From: an uncultured Acidobacteriaceae bacterium
GTDB taxonomy: Bacteria > Acidobacteriota > Terriglobia > Terriglobales > Acidobacteriaceae
DNA length: 64,000 nt
Assembly: GCA_963710965.1 (NCBI GenBank)
Contig: CAVQCP010000038.1
Location: forward strand, 47,157 to 111,156
Direction of reading: 5' to 3'
The notes beneath the pieces are model-generated. The model ran no database searches. It worked only from the letters and a program-made list of their open reading frames with translations, and had not been told where the DNA came from. How positions within the stretch are numbered: position 1 is the stretch's first letter; each line of letters begins with the position of its first letter. The position numbers and the translations under genes are program-made. Below are positions 1 through 9,333 of the stretch, in pieces.

Positions 1-1077
1 GCGCAGCCGCAGGCTTCGGTCGATTACCGCGGATCGAATACTGCGGCGCGTTTTGCCGACCCACAGGCTGAATTCGCTGCCCTTCGGAACGGCTGCGGGA
101 TCTACGATCTTGGCTTTCGCGCGCGGATTTCGCTGACCGGCGGCGATCGTATGCGGTGGATGAACGGCATGGTCACGAACAACATTCGCGACCTCGCCAT
201 CGGGAATGCGGTTTATGCTTTCCTGCTGAACCCGCAGGGGCGCATTCTCGGCGACATGACGGTGCAAAATCTGGGCGATTCTCTGCAGGTAGAAACCGAC
301 CGCAGCCAGCTGGAAAAGATTCTTGCCACGTTCGATCATTACATCATCATGGACGACGTTGAAGTGAAGAACATCAGCGAGGAGCAGACCGCCCTTGGCC
401 TGACGGGGCCAAAATCGCGGTTGTTGCTGAATGCCGCGGGTATCGAAGTTCCGGAATTACAACCGTTGCAGGCGATCACTCCGCGGTGCAGCTGCGATTG
501 CGGGTGCGTGGAATGCACGGTGATTCGTGGCGAAGACGCGCCGCACGAATCGTATGAGATTTGGCTCGCGCCTAAAGATGTTTTGAAAACATGGCAAACT
601 TTGCTGGCGGCAGGGGCAATTCCGGTAGGCTCGGAGGCGCTGGAAATGCACCGCATCGCAGCCGGCATTCCGCTTTACGGCGTCGACATCCGCGAACGCG
701 ACCTGCCGCAGGAGACGGAACAAACCCGCGCTCTCAACTTCAACAAAGGCTGCTACGTCGGACAGGAAATCGTGGAGCGGATTCGCTCGCGCGGCAATGT
801 GCATCGAAAGTTCACCGGGTTTGTGGTGGACGGCGCGGCGGCAAGCGTTACGGGCGATAAGATTGTTTTCGGCGAAAAAGAAGTGGGCGAGATCACCAGC
901 GCTACCGTTCTGCATACGCCTTCAGGCCCACGAACGATTGCGCTGGGATACATTCGGCGCGAAGTGGGAATTCCCGGACGGGAAGTGACGATTGGAACCG
1001 TGGGAGCCAGAGTAGCGCAGTTGCCATTCGCGCGTGCTCTGCTCGAAGCCGAAGATGCAGCGTTGCACAAAGTCTAG
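1..1077 (+). CDS. ygfZ: YgfZ/GcvT-family folate-binding protein, 5' end cut by the window edge
   Basis: Frame 1 is open from nt 1. Upstream of the listed ORF it reads ...GCGIYDLGFRARISLTGGDRMRWMNGMVTNN. The C-terminal part carries the KGCYVGQEIVERIRSRG motif typical of YgfZ. Confidence 0.8.
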   Translation, partial: AQPQASVDYRGSNTAARFADPQAEFAALRNGCGIYDLGFRARISLTGGDRMRWMNGMVTNNIRDLAIGNAVYAFLLNPQGRILGDMTVQNLGDSLQVETDRSQLEKILATFDHYIIMDDVEVKNISEEQTALGLTGPKSRLLLNAAGIEVPELQPLQAITPRCSCDCGCVECTVIRGEDAPHESYEIWLAPKDVLKTWQTLLAAGAIPVGSEALEMHRIAAGIPLYGVDIRERDLPQETEQTRALNFNKGCYVGQEIVERIRSRGNVHRKFTGFVVDGAAASVTGDKIVFGEKEVGEITSATVLHTPSGPRTIALGYIRREVGIPGREVTIGTVGARVAQLPFARALLEAEDAALHKV

Positions 1078-1125
1078 GAAACGTTTTTCACGATCCAGAA
1101 GTAAAGATTTACGAGGATAGAAACC

Positions 1126-1734
1126 ATGGCTGAGAAAAAGCAGGAAGCAAGTTTCACCATAACCGACCGCCGCTTGTTCACCGAGGATGGCGAATTGCGC
1201 AAGGACATTGCTGAGGAGAGCGAACCGCCGAAAGCAGCCGCGCCCGCACCTGTTAGCGCCGCGAAAGAGGCCGCGCCTTCCAACCCGGTGGCTCCGTTTC
1301 CCGTCCCGGAGGGTGGCTCGGATGGTCAGGACGTGCCTCCGCCGCCAACCGCGGCCGAACAGCAGGCGCAGGCAGATGCCTACAGCGCTTCGTCCAAGGA
1401 ACTCGATTCGCGCGTGGAACTCGGCGGCCGGTCGGCCAAAGAGTTTGAAATGACCTTTGAGCGCTTCCTGGCGTCGTTATATATGACCGCGATGCTGCAG
1501 CTCGGATTGATGCATGAGAAGGGCAGTCAGCCAGGCCTCGATATTATCGGTGCGCGCCAGACCATCGACACGCTGGCTCTGCTGGCCACGAAAACCAAGG
1601 GCAACCTGACTCCCACAGAAGAAGCTTTCCTGCAAAACAGCCTGTACGAAGTGCGCATGGCCTATGTGGAAGTGACCAACGCGCTGTCGCGTCCGCCGCA
1701 GCCCGGAGCAGCGACCGGAACCAGCGGAAAATGA
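1126..1734 (+). CDS. DUF1844 domain protein
   Basis: Acidic, Pro-rich N-terminus followed by FERFLASLYMTAMLQLGLM...IDTLALLATKTKGNLTPTEE...VRMAYVEV, which fits the DUF1844 pattern. GAGGA lies upstream of the ATG. Confidence 0.65.
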   Translation: MAEKKQEASFTITDRRLFTEDGELRKDIAEESEPPKAAAPAPVSAAKEAAPSNPVAPFPVPEGGSDGQDVPPPPTAAEQQAQADAYSASSKELDSRVELGGRSAKEFEMTFERFLASLYMTAMLQLGLMHEKGSQPGLDIIGARQTIDTLALLATKTKGNLTPTEEAFLQNSLYEVRMAYVEVTNALSRPPQPGAATGTSGK

Positions 1735-1771
1735 CCGTGTCGCGTAGCGGTTCGGCCATCGGGGTGTGCGG

Positions 1772-2545
1772 ATGAAGGCGACGCTCACCGTGCTGGGCAG
1801 CGGTACCTCGATGGGCGTGCCCACGCTGGGCTGCGATTGCGCCATCTGCCGTTCGAGCGATCCGCACGATCGCCGCACCCGTCCTTCGGTGATGCTGGAG
1901 TACGCCGGCAAAGTAGTGCTCATCGACACCACGCCGGATTTTTACGGGCAGGCCATTCGCGAGCACATCACGCGCGTGGATGCGGTTTTCTACACCCATA
2001 CGCACGCCGACCACATTCTCGGCATTGATGATTTGCGACCGCTGAGTTATAGTCACAAGCCGAATAAATTGCCGCTGTTCGCGCGTCCGGAGGCAGCCGC
2101 GTTTCTGCGCAAAATGTTCAGCTACATTTTCGACGCCAACTACAAATTCGGCGGACTGCCGCAGCTTGAATTACGGCCGATGGAGGGCCCGGTGGAGCTT
2201 TTCGGCGCCCGCTTCGAACCGGTGACTTTGATTCACGGCGAAAGCGAAATTTACGGCTATCGTTTTGGCAGCGCCGCGTATCTTACCGATCACAGCGATA
2301 TTCCTGAAGCATCCTTTCAGAAGTTGGAAGGCCTGGACATACTGTTTCTGGATGCGCTGCGGCATAAGCCTCATCCCACGCACTCGACAGTGGAGAATTC
2401 GTTGCGCATTGTCGATCGATTGAAGCCGAAGCGCGCATTTTTTACTCACATTTGTCACGATCTGGGGCACGAGGCTACGAACGCGACGCTGCCGGAAAAT
2501 GTGCGTCTGGCCTATGACGGGCTAAAGCTGGAATTTGATATCTAG
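1772..2545 (+). CDS. MBL-fold metallo-hydrolase (PhnP-like phosphodiesterase family)
   Basis: LGSGTSMGVPTLGCDCAICRS and the HTHADH zinc motif. The ATG at 1772 is preferred over the GTG at 1766. Confidence 0.8.
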   Translation: MKATLTVLGSGTSMGVPTLGCDCAICRSSDPHDRRTRPSVMLEYAGKVVLIDTTPDFYGQAIREHITRVDAVFYTHTHADHILGIDDLRPLSYSHKPNKLPLFARPEAAAFLRKMFSYIFDANYKFGGLPQLELRPMEGPVELFGARFEPVTLIHGESEIYGYRFGSAAYLTDHSDIPEASFQKLEGLDILFLDALRHKPHPTHSTVENSLRIVDRLKPKRAFFTHICHDLGHEATNATLPENVRLAYDGLKLEFDI

Positions 2546-2618
2546 GTGTCAGGTCACAGGTGAAAGTTTCAGGCGAAAGACCTCGGACCTGAGACCTCGC
2601 ATCTCCGGCCTTGCAGGC

Positions 2619-3566
2619 ATGAAGATTTTTCACAAACTCGAAGACGTTCCCACTGGTTTTGGTCCGTCGATACTAAGCGTGGGAAACTTTGACGGAGTGC
2701 ATCGGGCGCACGCGCACGTTCTGGGCGAGATTGTGCGGCGGGCCCGTGAAAGCGGTATCAAGGCGGTAGCGGTCACGTTTGAGCCACATCCGGCGCGCAT
2801 CCTGCGGCCCGACTCTGGACTGAAATTGCTCACGCCGCTGCCGGAGAAATTGCGGCTGCTCGCGACCACGGGAATCGATGCGGTGCTGGTGCTTCCCTTT
2901 GGCCGTGATCTCTCGTTGATGACGCCGCGGCAGTTTGCGGAGCGCATCCTGAAGAAGCATCTGCACGCGCGTGAAGTGCACGAGGGCTACAACTTTCGCT
3001 TCGGACACAAGGCATCCGGCGACATTCATTTGCTCACGCAACTTGGCGAGGAGATGGGCTTTGCGGTGAAAGTTTATTCCGAAGAAAAGTTGCGCGGCGA
3101 GCCGGTTTCCAGCACCCATATACGGAAGTTACTCGCCGCGGGACGAGTAAGCCGCGCGCGGCATTTGCTGGCTCGTCCGTTTTGCATTCTGGGCGCGCCG
3201 GGGCGAGGCCGCGGGCTGGGATCGAAATATACTGTGCCCACGATTAATTTAGCGCGCTACGAAGAACTCGTGCCCAAGGACGGCGTTTACATCACCTGCA
3301 CGCGGGTAGGCGAGGAGCGATTTGATTCGGTTACCAACGTGGGCAATCGTCCTACGTTTGGCGCGGAATCGTTTGCGATCGAGACGCATCTGCTCAACTT
3401 CCATCCGATTGAATTGACGCCGGAAAGCGAGGTTGAAATTTGCTTCCTCGATCGACTGCGGGATGAGATTAAGTTTCCCTCAGTCGAGGCTCTGCGGGAG
3501 CAGATTGCGCGGGATGTGAAGAAGGCGAGAAGATATTTTCATCTGCTGCGGCTGCTAATGCGGTAG
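2619..3566 (+). CDS. ribF: bifunctional riboflavin kinase / FAD synthetase
   Basis: SVGNFDGVHRAH (nucleotidyltransferase motif), SSTHIRKLL, and a C-terminal riboflavin-kinase region PTINL...GVY...RPTFG...ETHLL. The internal ATG (M29 of the listed ORF) gives the normal N-terminus. Confidence 0.9.
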   Translation: MKIFHKLEDVPTGFGPSILSVGNFDGVHRAHAHVLGEIVRRARESGIKAVAVTFEPHPARILRPDSGLKLLTPLPEKLRLLATTGIDAVLVLPFGRDLSLMTPRQFAERILKKHLHAREVHEGYNFRFGHKASGDIHLLTQLGEEMGFAVKVYSEEKLRGEPVSSTHIRKLLAAGRVSRARHLLARPFCILGAPGRGRGLGSKYTVPTINLARYEELVPKDGVYITCTRVGEERFDSVTNVGNRPTFGAESFAIETHLLNFHPIELTPESEVEICFLDRLRDEIKFPSVEALREQIARDVKKARRYFHLLRLLMR

Positions 3567-4010
3567 GTAGCCTGATTCCATGGGCAATTTTCCGTCGACG
3601 CGCACCACGCTGATGGTGCTGTCGATGGAGCGCACATCGACAAAGCCGATGGCGCCCGGAATGGACTGAACGAACTTGAGCACGTCGGCGTCGGTGTCGG
3701 CCAGCATGATCGCGTCCTTGTGAGCGGCAACCAGCGCCTTCAACTCCGGAGCGCTGATCTTCGCCAGGTGCTCTAGCGTTTCGGCTTCCCCGCTGGAGTT
3801 TCTGTGCAGAACCACCACGATGGCTTTGCCGTTGGGCCACTTCTTCATCTCCAGGCGAACAATCTGGTTCAAATGAACCGCGGTGATATTGCCCACGTCG
3901 TTATCCTTGTTGACCACCACTGCCATGTGATGGGCAAAACACGGGGTGAGAAATGTGAGGAGAAACACGAAAAGCGTTGCGATCCGCTGCGATCTCATAA
4001 GCATGTCCAA
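3555..4010 (-). CDS. small secreted periplasmic-binding-protein-like (PstS-family-like) protein
   Basis: Signal peptide LFVFLLTFLTPCFA, followed by a short PBP-like domain (AVVVNKDN..., GAIGFVD). The family call is weak. Confidence 0.45.
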   Translation of the reverse strand: MDMLMRSQRIATLFVFLLTFLTPCFAHHMAVVVNKDNDVGNITAVHLNQIVRLEMKKWPNGKAIVVVLHRNSSGEAETLEHLAKISAPELKALVAAHKDAIMLADTDADVLKFVQSIPGAIGFVDVRSIDSTISVVRVDGKLPMESGYLPH

Positions 4011-4179
4011 TCTCAGATCAACACGACTTGGGGATTATCCAGCAAGGCTACCCAATCTTGCCAGCATCAGTTGTAAAAATATTGTCAAACGGGGCCAGGG
4101 GATCAAAGAAGAAAACATTCTTATTGGAGACGAGGCGCCGGCGCTTTTTGCCCAATTGAAAATCGTGACTCTTGCCCCG

Positions 4180-4968
4180 CTATTCAATCGGTTCGACCAG
4201 GACCGGTTCTTGGGATGCGATATCGTTGCGACCGGGACGCTGCACGATCACGATGGCCGCCAGCACCAAGATAATTCCGACCGACTGAATCGGGTGCAGC
4301 ACTTCGCCCAGGAGCAGTGCGGCGAGAAGGATGGAGAAAACTGGCTCCAAGCAACTGGCGATGATGGCGCGGGTGGGCTCGAGATGCTGGAGGCCGAGAA
4401 AATAGAGTGAGAATGCGCCCAGCACTGAAAGCATCGAGAAAACGAACAAGAATAGCCATTGGACCGGCGAATAGTGTGCGGCAACGACCTTCCACGGCGG
4501 ATTGACGACCAACCAGAACAGGGCGGCTGCGGCCAGAGTCCAGACCAGCACACGCCAGCGGTCGTAGCGAACCAGGATGCGGTGTCCGGCGATGTTATAA
4601 AAGGCGAAAGAGAATGAGGCCAGCAGAGCGGCAAGCACACCATAAGAATCGAGACGGAGGCTGCTTCCCTTCGCTCCGAAGATGCCAATGACCAGGGCGA
4701 TGCCGGTAACCGCGAGTGCGACGGCAATCACCTTCTGTAGTGAAAGCGCCTGCTGGCCACGGGATACGACGTATAGGAGCACCCACACCGGCGCGGTGTA
4801 TTGCACAATGATGGCGGTGGCGACGTTGGTTCTCTGGATGGCGACGTAATAGAAATAATTCGAGACCGCAATGCCGAGCGTTCCCAGCAGAAAACAATAG
4901 CCGAGATCGCGCGCCGGGAGCCGTATGCGCTGCCAGCCTTTTGAGATCACCAGAAGCGGCAGCAGCAC
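4180..4968 (-). CDS. EamA/DMT-family transporter. The listed ORF lacks TM1 (see finding).
   Basis: Multi-TM protein with two EamA-like halves. The same frame stays open upstream to about 5220 and encodes an EamA-like first helix. Confidence 0.8.
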   Translation of the reverse strand: MLLPLLVISKGWQRIRLPARDLGYCFLLGTLGIAVSNYFYYVAIQRTNVATAIIVQYTAPVWVLLYVVSRGQQALSLQKVIAVALAVTGIALVIGIFGAKGSSLRLDSYGVLAALLASFSFAFYNIAGHRILVRYDRWRVLVWTLAAAALFWLVVNPPWKVVAAHYSPVQWLFLFVFSMLSVLGAFSLYFLGLQHLEPTRAIIASCLEPVFSILLAALLLGEVLHPIQSVGIILVLAAIVIVQRPGRNDIASQEPVLVEPIE

Positions 4969-5266
4969 GAGCAGAGAAAACGTAGTGCGGGTTTGGGAAA
5001 GAATCAGGGGATCGATGGGGTGAAGAGTAAACGCAGCGGCGCCCAGCCGCAGCTTGCCGGTAAATGTGGCGCGACCGAGCGCGGCCGAAACTGCCCAGAG
5101 AAACGCAGCAGAGGCGATGAAGAGATATCCGCGCAGAGGATGGGGCTGGGAGTGCGGTTGATTTTGGTGAGGAATAGCGGCCCTCGAGTGCTGGTTTTCA
5201 TTGCATCGACTGCAGGTCGATCAGCTTCAGTTCGATGATCTTCAACTCGATCTTCAAATTCGATGA

Positions 5267-5518
5267 TCAGGCAGCAGCGAGGATGCGGTCAAGGCGGTCG
5301 GGATCAAAACCTTCAATCACTTGGGGGCCGGCGGCGGTAAGAATCACCAATGTCGGTGCGGTGTTGCTGTGGTAGGTTTCGAACAATTCGGCGCGCGCGG
5401 TGTCGTCGCTGCTCATGTCTCGCTCTTCGAAGTCGAGGCCTTTCGCCTCCAGCAAGATCTTCGTGATCTCGCAGGAGAGGCATCCGGATTGACTAAAGAG
5501 AAAAATCTTAAGCGCCAT
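5267..5518 (-). CDS. glutaredoxin/NrdH-like thioredoxin-fold protein
   Basis: MALKIFLFSQSGCLSCE (CxxC) ...TAPTLVI. The longer listed ORF would overlap the OsmC gene, so the internal ATG is used. Confidence 0.7.
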   Translation of the reverse strand: MALKIFLFSQSGCLSCEITKILLEAKGLDFEERDMSSDDTARAELFETYHSNTAPTLVILTAAGPQVIEGFDPDRLDRILAAA

Positions 5519-5529
5519 GAGAATGCTTT

Positions 5530-5931
5530 CTAGGCGTCCACGTATTCGATCTCCGCGGTAATGGTCGCAGTTTTTTCCAGCATCGCCGAGACCGAGCAAT
5601 ACTTCTCCTTCGAGAGCCGCACCGCGTCTTCCACAGCTTTGCGGGAAACTTTACCACCCACGCGGTAAATTAGCTTGATTTCGGTATAGACCGAAGGCGG
5701 ATCTTGGGCGCGCTCGGCCTGGGCGCGAACTTCGAGACTGGTGAAGGGTTCGCGTTTCTTTTGCAGGATCGAAACGACGTCGTACCCGGTGCAGCCGCAC
5801 AGGCCGATCAGCACCAGCTCCATCGGGCTGTTCCCGGCTTTCTTGTCGCCATCGACGACGATGGGGTGACCACTGTCGGAGATGCCGTCGAAGCCGTGAT
5901 TCTCAATCCAGGTTGTTTTAGCGTTGGTCAT
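5530..5931 (-). CDS. OsmC-family peroxiredoxin-like protein
   Basis: SPMELVLIGLCGCTGYDVVSIL ... KYCSVSAML, with the two conserved Cys of OsmC/Ohr. Confidence 0.85.
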   Translation of the reverse strand: MTNAKTTWIENHGFDGISDSGHPIVVDGDKKAGNSPMELVLIGLCGCTGYDVVSILQKKREPFTSLEVRAQAERAQDPPSVYTEIKLIYRVGGKVSRKAVEDAVRLSKEKYCSVSAMLEKTATITAEIEYVDA

Positions 5932-5937
5932 GACTTT

Positions 5938-7368
5938 CTATCTTCGATTATCCGTACTGGGTTCGGGATGAATTAAAACGCGAAAGAGCTCGGGCGCGGC
6001 TTGCTTGAAGCGGATTTCGAGATCGGTCTGGATATCGTGCACGCTGGCCAGCGAAAGATCGTCCGAGAAAGTGCAGTGGCAAGAGACGTAGAGACGCCCG
6101 CGCACCTTCTTGATTATGACCTCGTGCATGTCGATGATTTCTGGAAACTCGGCAGCGAGTGACTTTAGCTTGCGCTCAAGATCGGCATCGCGAATTAACT
6201 CGTCGCCGGTTTCGATGGTGGCGGGCTCGCTCTCGATGTGGGTGAGGATGTCGTCGATCTCCGGAACTTCTTCGCGCATGTCGGCTTCGAGTTTTGTCAC
6301 TTGATCATGGGCACTTTTCAAGCTTAGATCTTCGTGGAGTTCGACGTGCTGTTCCACGTGGATCCGGCCGGCGAGATCCTGCACGCTGATGTCGTGAACA
6401 TTCAGATTATGACGCGTGGCGACGGCGCGGATGCGATCGAAAATGTTTTCCGAACGCTGGGCTCGAGGCAGGGGTTGAACGGTAACATCGGCGTCGGGAA
6501 GAATGTTGTGCACGGCGGCGGTGACCGCGGCCACTAATTGTTCGGAGCGCTGAAAGGTCACGGTGCGCGCGAAACCAACGGCAAGATCAGCGAAATAGCG
6601 GTTGCCGGCGCGGCGGATGCGCACGCGTCCCACCTCGAGGACGCCATCGACGTGGTCGACTGCAGTGATGATCTGGCTGCGAACGCCGACAGGCGCGGCG
6701 TCGAGCAGCGCATCGACAGTGCGGCGCGCCAGCCGCCAGCTTACCGAAACAATCACTCCGCCGACAAAGAGAGCCGCGATGGGATCGGCGAGCCGCAGCC
6801 AGTCGAGATGATAGGTGCGGCCAAGCAAAATCAGCACCAGGCCGAGCACGACCACGCCGGCGGACCAGATGTCAGTCGAGAAATGCAGCGCGTCGGCTTC
6901 GAGCGCCTGGCTTTCGTACTTAGTAGCGATGCGGCCGAGAGCGCGGGAACGCCAGAAATCCACGGCCATGGAGACCAGCATCACGACGAAGGCCCAGATG
7001 GACGGTTCGACTTCAACCTTTCGGAAGAACAGACGAACGATCGCTTCGTAGATCACCCAGGCGCAAGTGAGCAGCAGCAACGCCGTTTCGACGAAAGCGG
7101 AAAAGTTTTCGACTTTGCCGTGGCCATATTGATGTTCGGCGTCGGCGGGCTTGTCGGAGACTCCAACGGATAGATAGGTGAGCAGGGCCGCGATCAGATC
7201 GAGCGCAGAATGCGCGGCTTCGGAGAGGATTCCGAGGCTGCCGGTGGTGACGCCGACAATGATTTTCCCGATGGTGATGACCAGTGCGGCGGCAACCGAG
7301 TTTCCGGCGACGGCGCGCTTTTCGGCGCGCATGGCGTTGGGTGAGTAGAGAGCCGGGGTGCCGGACAT
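5938..7368 (-). CDS. cation diffusion facilitator (CDF) transporter with three tandem C-terminal cytoplasmic domains
   Basis: TM2 HSALD and TM5 HFSTD metal-site motifs. Three consecutive ZT_dimer-like repeats follow the TM domain. The start is uncertain (ATG 7368, ATG 7332 or TTG 7422). Confidence 0.8.
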   Translation of the reverse strand: MSGTPALYSPNAMRAEKRAVAGNSVAAALVITIGKIIVGVTTGSLGILSEAAHSALDLIAALLTYLSVGVSDKPADAEHQYGHGKVENFSAFVETALLLLTCAWVIYEAIVRLFFRKVEVEPSIWAFVVMLVSMAVDFWRSRALGRIATKYESQALEADALHFSTDIWSAGVVVLGLVLILLGRTYHLDWLRLADPIAALFVGGVIVSVSWRLARRTVDALLDAAPVGVRSQIITAVDHVDGVLEVGRVRIRRAGNRYFADLAVGFARTVTFQRSEQLVAAVTAAVHNILPDADVTVQPLPRAQRSENIFDRIRAVATRHNLNVHDISVQDLAGRIHVEQHVELHEDLSLKSAHDQVTKLEADMREEVPEIDDILTHIESEPATIETGDELIRDADLERKLKSLAAEFPEIIDMHEVIIKKVRGRLYVSCHCTFSDDLSLASVHDIQTDLEIRFKQAAPELFRVLIHPEPSTDNRR

Positions 7369-7481
7369 AGGGGGATTATCGGCGATTGCGAGGAATTGCG
7401 CCAACGGGAACGGGAAACGCAAAATCCCGATGGCCTAATATGCCGGCGCTGCTCTTTCGCTGCGCTACGCTTTTCGACCGC

Positions 7482-9071
7482 TTAGTTTTTTGACCCGGCC
7501 GCGGGCCGCTGCGCTGGCTTTACTGTGCTGCTCAGTTGCAGGAACGGCATCACTGAGGGGATTCCGTTGTGGTTCACGATTACCAGCATGTAATAGCCCG
7601 GAGGCGCGAGGTTGGCGTTTGCCGGGGCGGTGGCGGTCAGCGTTCCATCCCCCGGAGTGAATTTCAGGTTGACGTAGCGTTGGTCCATGTTGTCGGCGTG
7701 GGTGGTGGCTCCGGGACGAACCAGAGCAACGCTTGCGATCGAGGAAGCTTCGGCTGTGGTGATGGTGAATTTCTGGTTGTAGGTGAGCGAAGTGGGCGCG
7801 GCGGAAATCACCGGGCGCGTGCCATTGAAGAGGTAGGGCGGGCTGTAGATTTCGTAGCTGACTTGTTCCGGCGCTCCGTTGTCGGAGCCGGCGGAAACTA
7901 CGCGGCCATCGGGAATCAGAACAGCAGTGGAGTGGTAAGTACGCTGAATTTGCTGCGAGGCCATCAGCGTCCAGGTGCCCGTCGTCGGATTGTATAACTC
8001 GGACGAGTAGACGGGGTTGGTGTAGCGTCCACCGCCGCCGCCTCCGGCAACCGCCAGCACGGTTCCATCGGCCAGCAGAACCAGATTTTCGTTATAGCGG
8101 GCGAAGTTCATGGAGCCGGTGTAGCTCCACGTGGGCTTGGCTTGGGACATGTCAATTACTTCGGCAGTGGCTGTGGCCGAGCTGCCGCCGTTGAGTTTGG
8201 AGGGCGAACCACCGGCAACCAGAATTTTTTCCTGGCCGGGCAACAGGACATGAGGAGCGAAATAGCGATAGCCGAAATTGACGGTGGCCACGTAGGACCA
8301 CTGATTGGTGGTGGGATTGAACTGATAACTCTGTGCCGCCGGGGACGACAGAAACACATTGCCAGTGGGCAGAAGCGAGAGGCGAGGATAGACCTGAGCG
8401 TCCTCGCTGGGCAGGTTGGCGGAAGCGGGTAGAGCCGTCCACGAGTTGGTCTGGTAGTTGAAGGTTTCCATCTGGGTCTGGACCCAGGCGCCAGTGGAAT
8501 TGGTTCCGGAAATCTCGAGCATCAGACCGGTGGGAAGTTCGATGGTGCTGGGATACCAGCGCGCGTTGATCATGTCGGTCTGCTGCGTCCACTGGTAGGT
8601 CGCAGGATTAAATTCAAATGTATTGGTGGTGCCGCATCCGCTGGCATCGTGGGAACAGGTGACGCCCTGGACATTGCCGCCGGTCACCAGCACGTTGCCA
8701 TTCTCCATAATCGACAGGCCGGAGCAGAAAATGTCATCGTCGAAGGGCAAGAGAACATTAGTGATGACGCCAGTGACGGGATTGAGCACCATCGCCTGAG
8801 ATTGCAGCCAGCCCGACGCGGGGTAGTAATAGAAGAGGACGCTGCCGTTATTGAGCACGGCGGCATCGGAGCCAACCAGGCAAGGATAGGTGCAGAAATT
8901 CACCGGAGCTGCCCACTCGCCCTGGGTGGAAGCCAACGAGTGCGCGGAGGCTTTCGTGGTGGGCGCTTTAGTTGCTGGCGCTGCCTGGGCTAGAAGAGTG
9001 GGAGGCACGGCGCACATACATAGAATGAGGCTCAGCAGGGTGAGGCGGCTGAAGAAAGGCTTGCTTGGCAC
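7482..9071 (-). CDS. secreted kelch-repeat glyoxal/galactose-oxidase-like protein (C-terminal DUF1929-like domain)
   Basis: Signal peptide, repeated kelch-like blades, and a C-terminal ...ALVRPGATTHADNMDQRYV...PPGYYMLVIVN region typical of the galactose oxidase early-set domain. GTG start preceded by AAGGAG. Confidence 0.7.
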   Translation of the reverse strand: MPSKPFFSRLTLLSLILCMCAVPPTLLAQAAPATKAPTTKASAHSLASTQGEWAAPVNFCTYPCLVGSDAAVLNNGSVLFYYYPASGWLQSQAMVLNPVTGVITNVLLPFDDDIFCSGLSIMENGNVLVTGGNVQGVTCSHDASGCGTTNTFEFNPATYQWTQQTDMINARWYPSTIELPTGLMLEISGTNSTGAWVQTQMETFNYQTNSWTALPASANLPSEDAQVYPRLSLLPTGNVFLSSPAAQSYQFNPTTNQWSYVATVNFGYRYFAPHVLLPGQEKILVAGGSPSKLNGGSSATATAEVIDMSQAKPTWSYTGSMNFARYNENLVLLADGTVLAVAGGGGGGRYTNPVYSSELYNPTTGTWTLMASQQIQRTYHSTAVLIPDGRVVSAGSDNGAPEQVSYEIYSPPYLFNGTRPVISAAPTSLTYNQKFTITTAEASSIASVALVRPGATTHADNMDQRYVNLKFTPGDGTLTATAPANANLAPPGYYMLVIVNHNGIPSVMPFLQLSSTVKPAQRPAAGSKN

Positions 9072-9333
9072 GATTCAATCTCCTTGATCCGGTGTGGCCT
9101 GAAATCCTGTTGGGAGAGGGCTGGGGACACAGCTCCCTAAAGACCGCCACGGGTCACCGGGAATATCCCACAGGGGACGCGAGGTGTCAAGATGCAGGAA
9201 TTTGCAACATCAACTTTATATTCCAGCTAGAGCCGGGGCATTAGGCTCTTGCATGAGGCGCTGTGTATGCTAGGATTCTAGGTTCGAGTAGTCAAAAAAC
9301 TTCCTGATTTACCCATTCCTGGAGGAATCGTGT

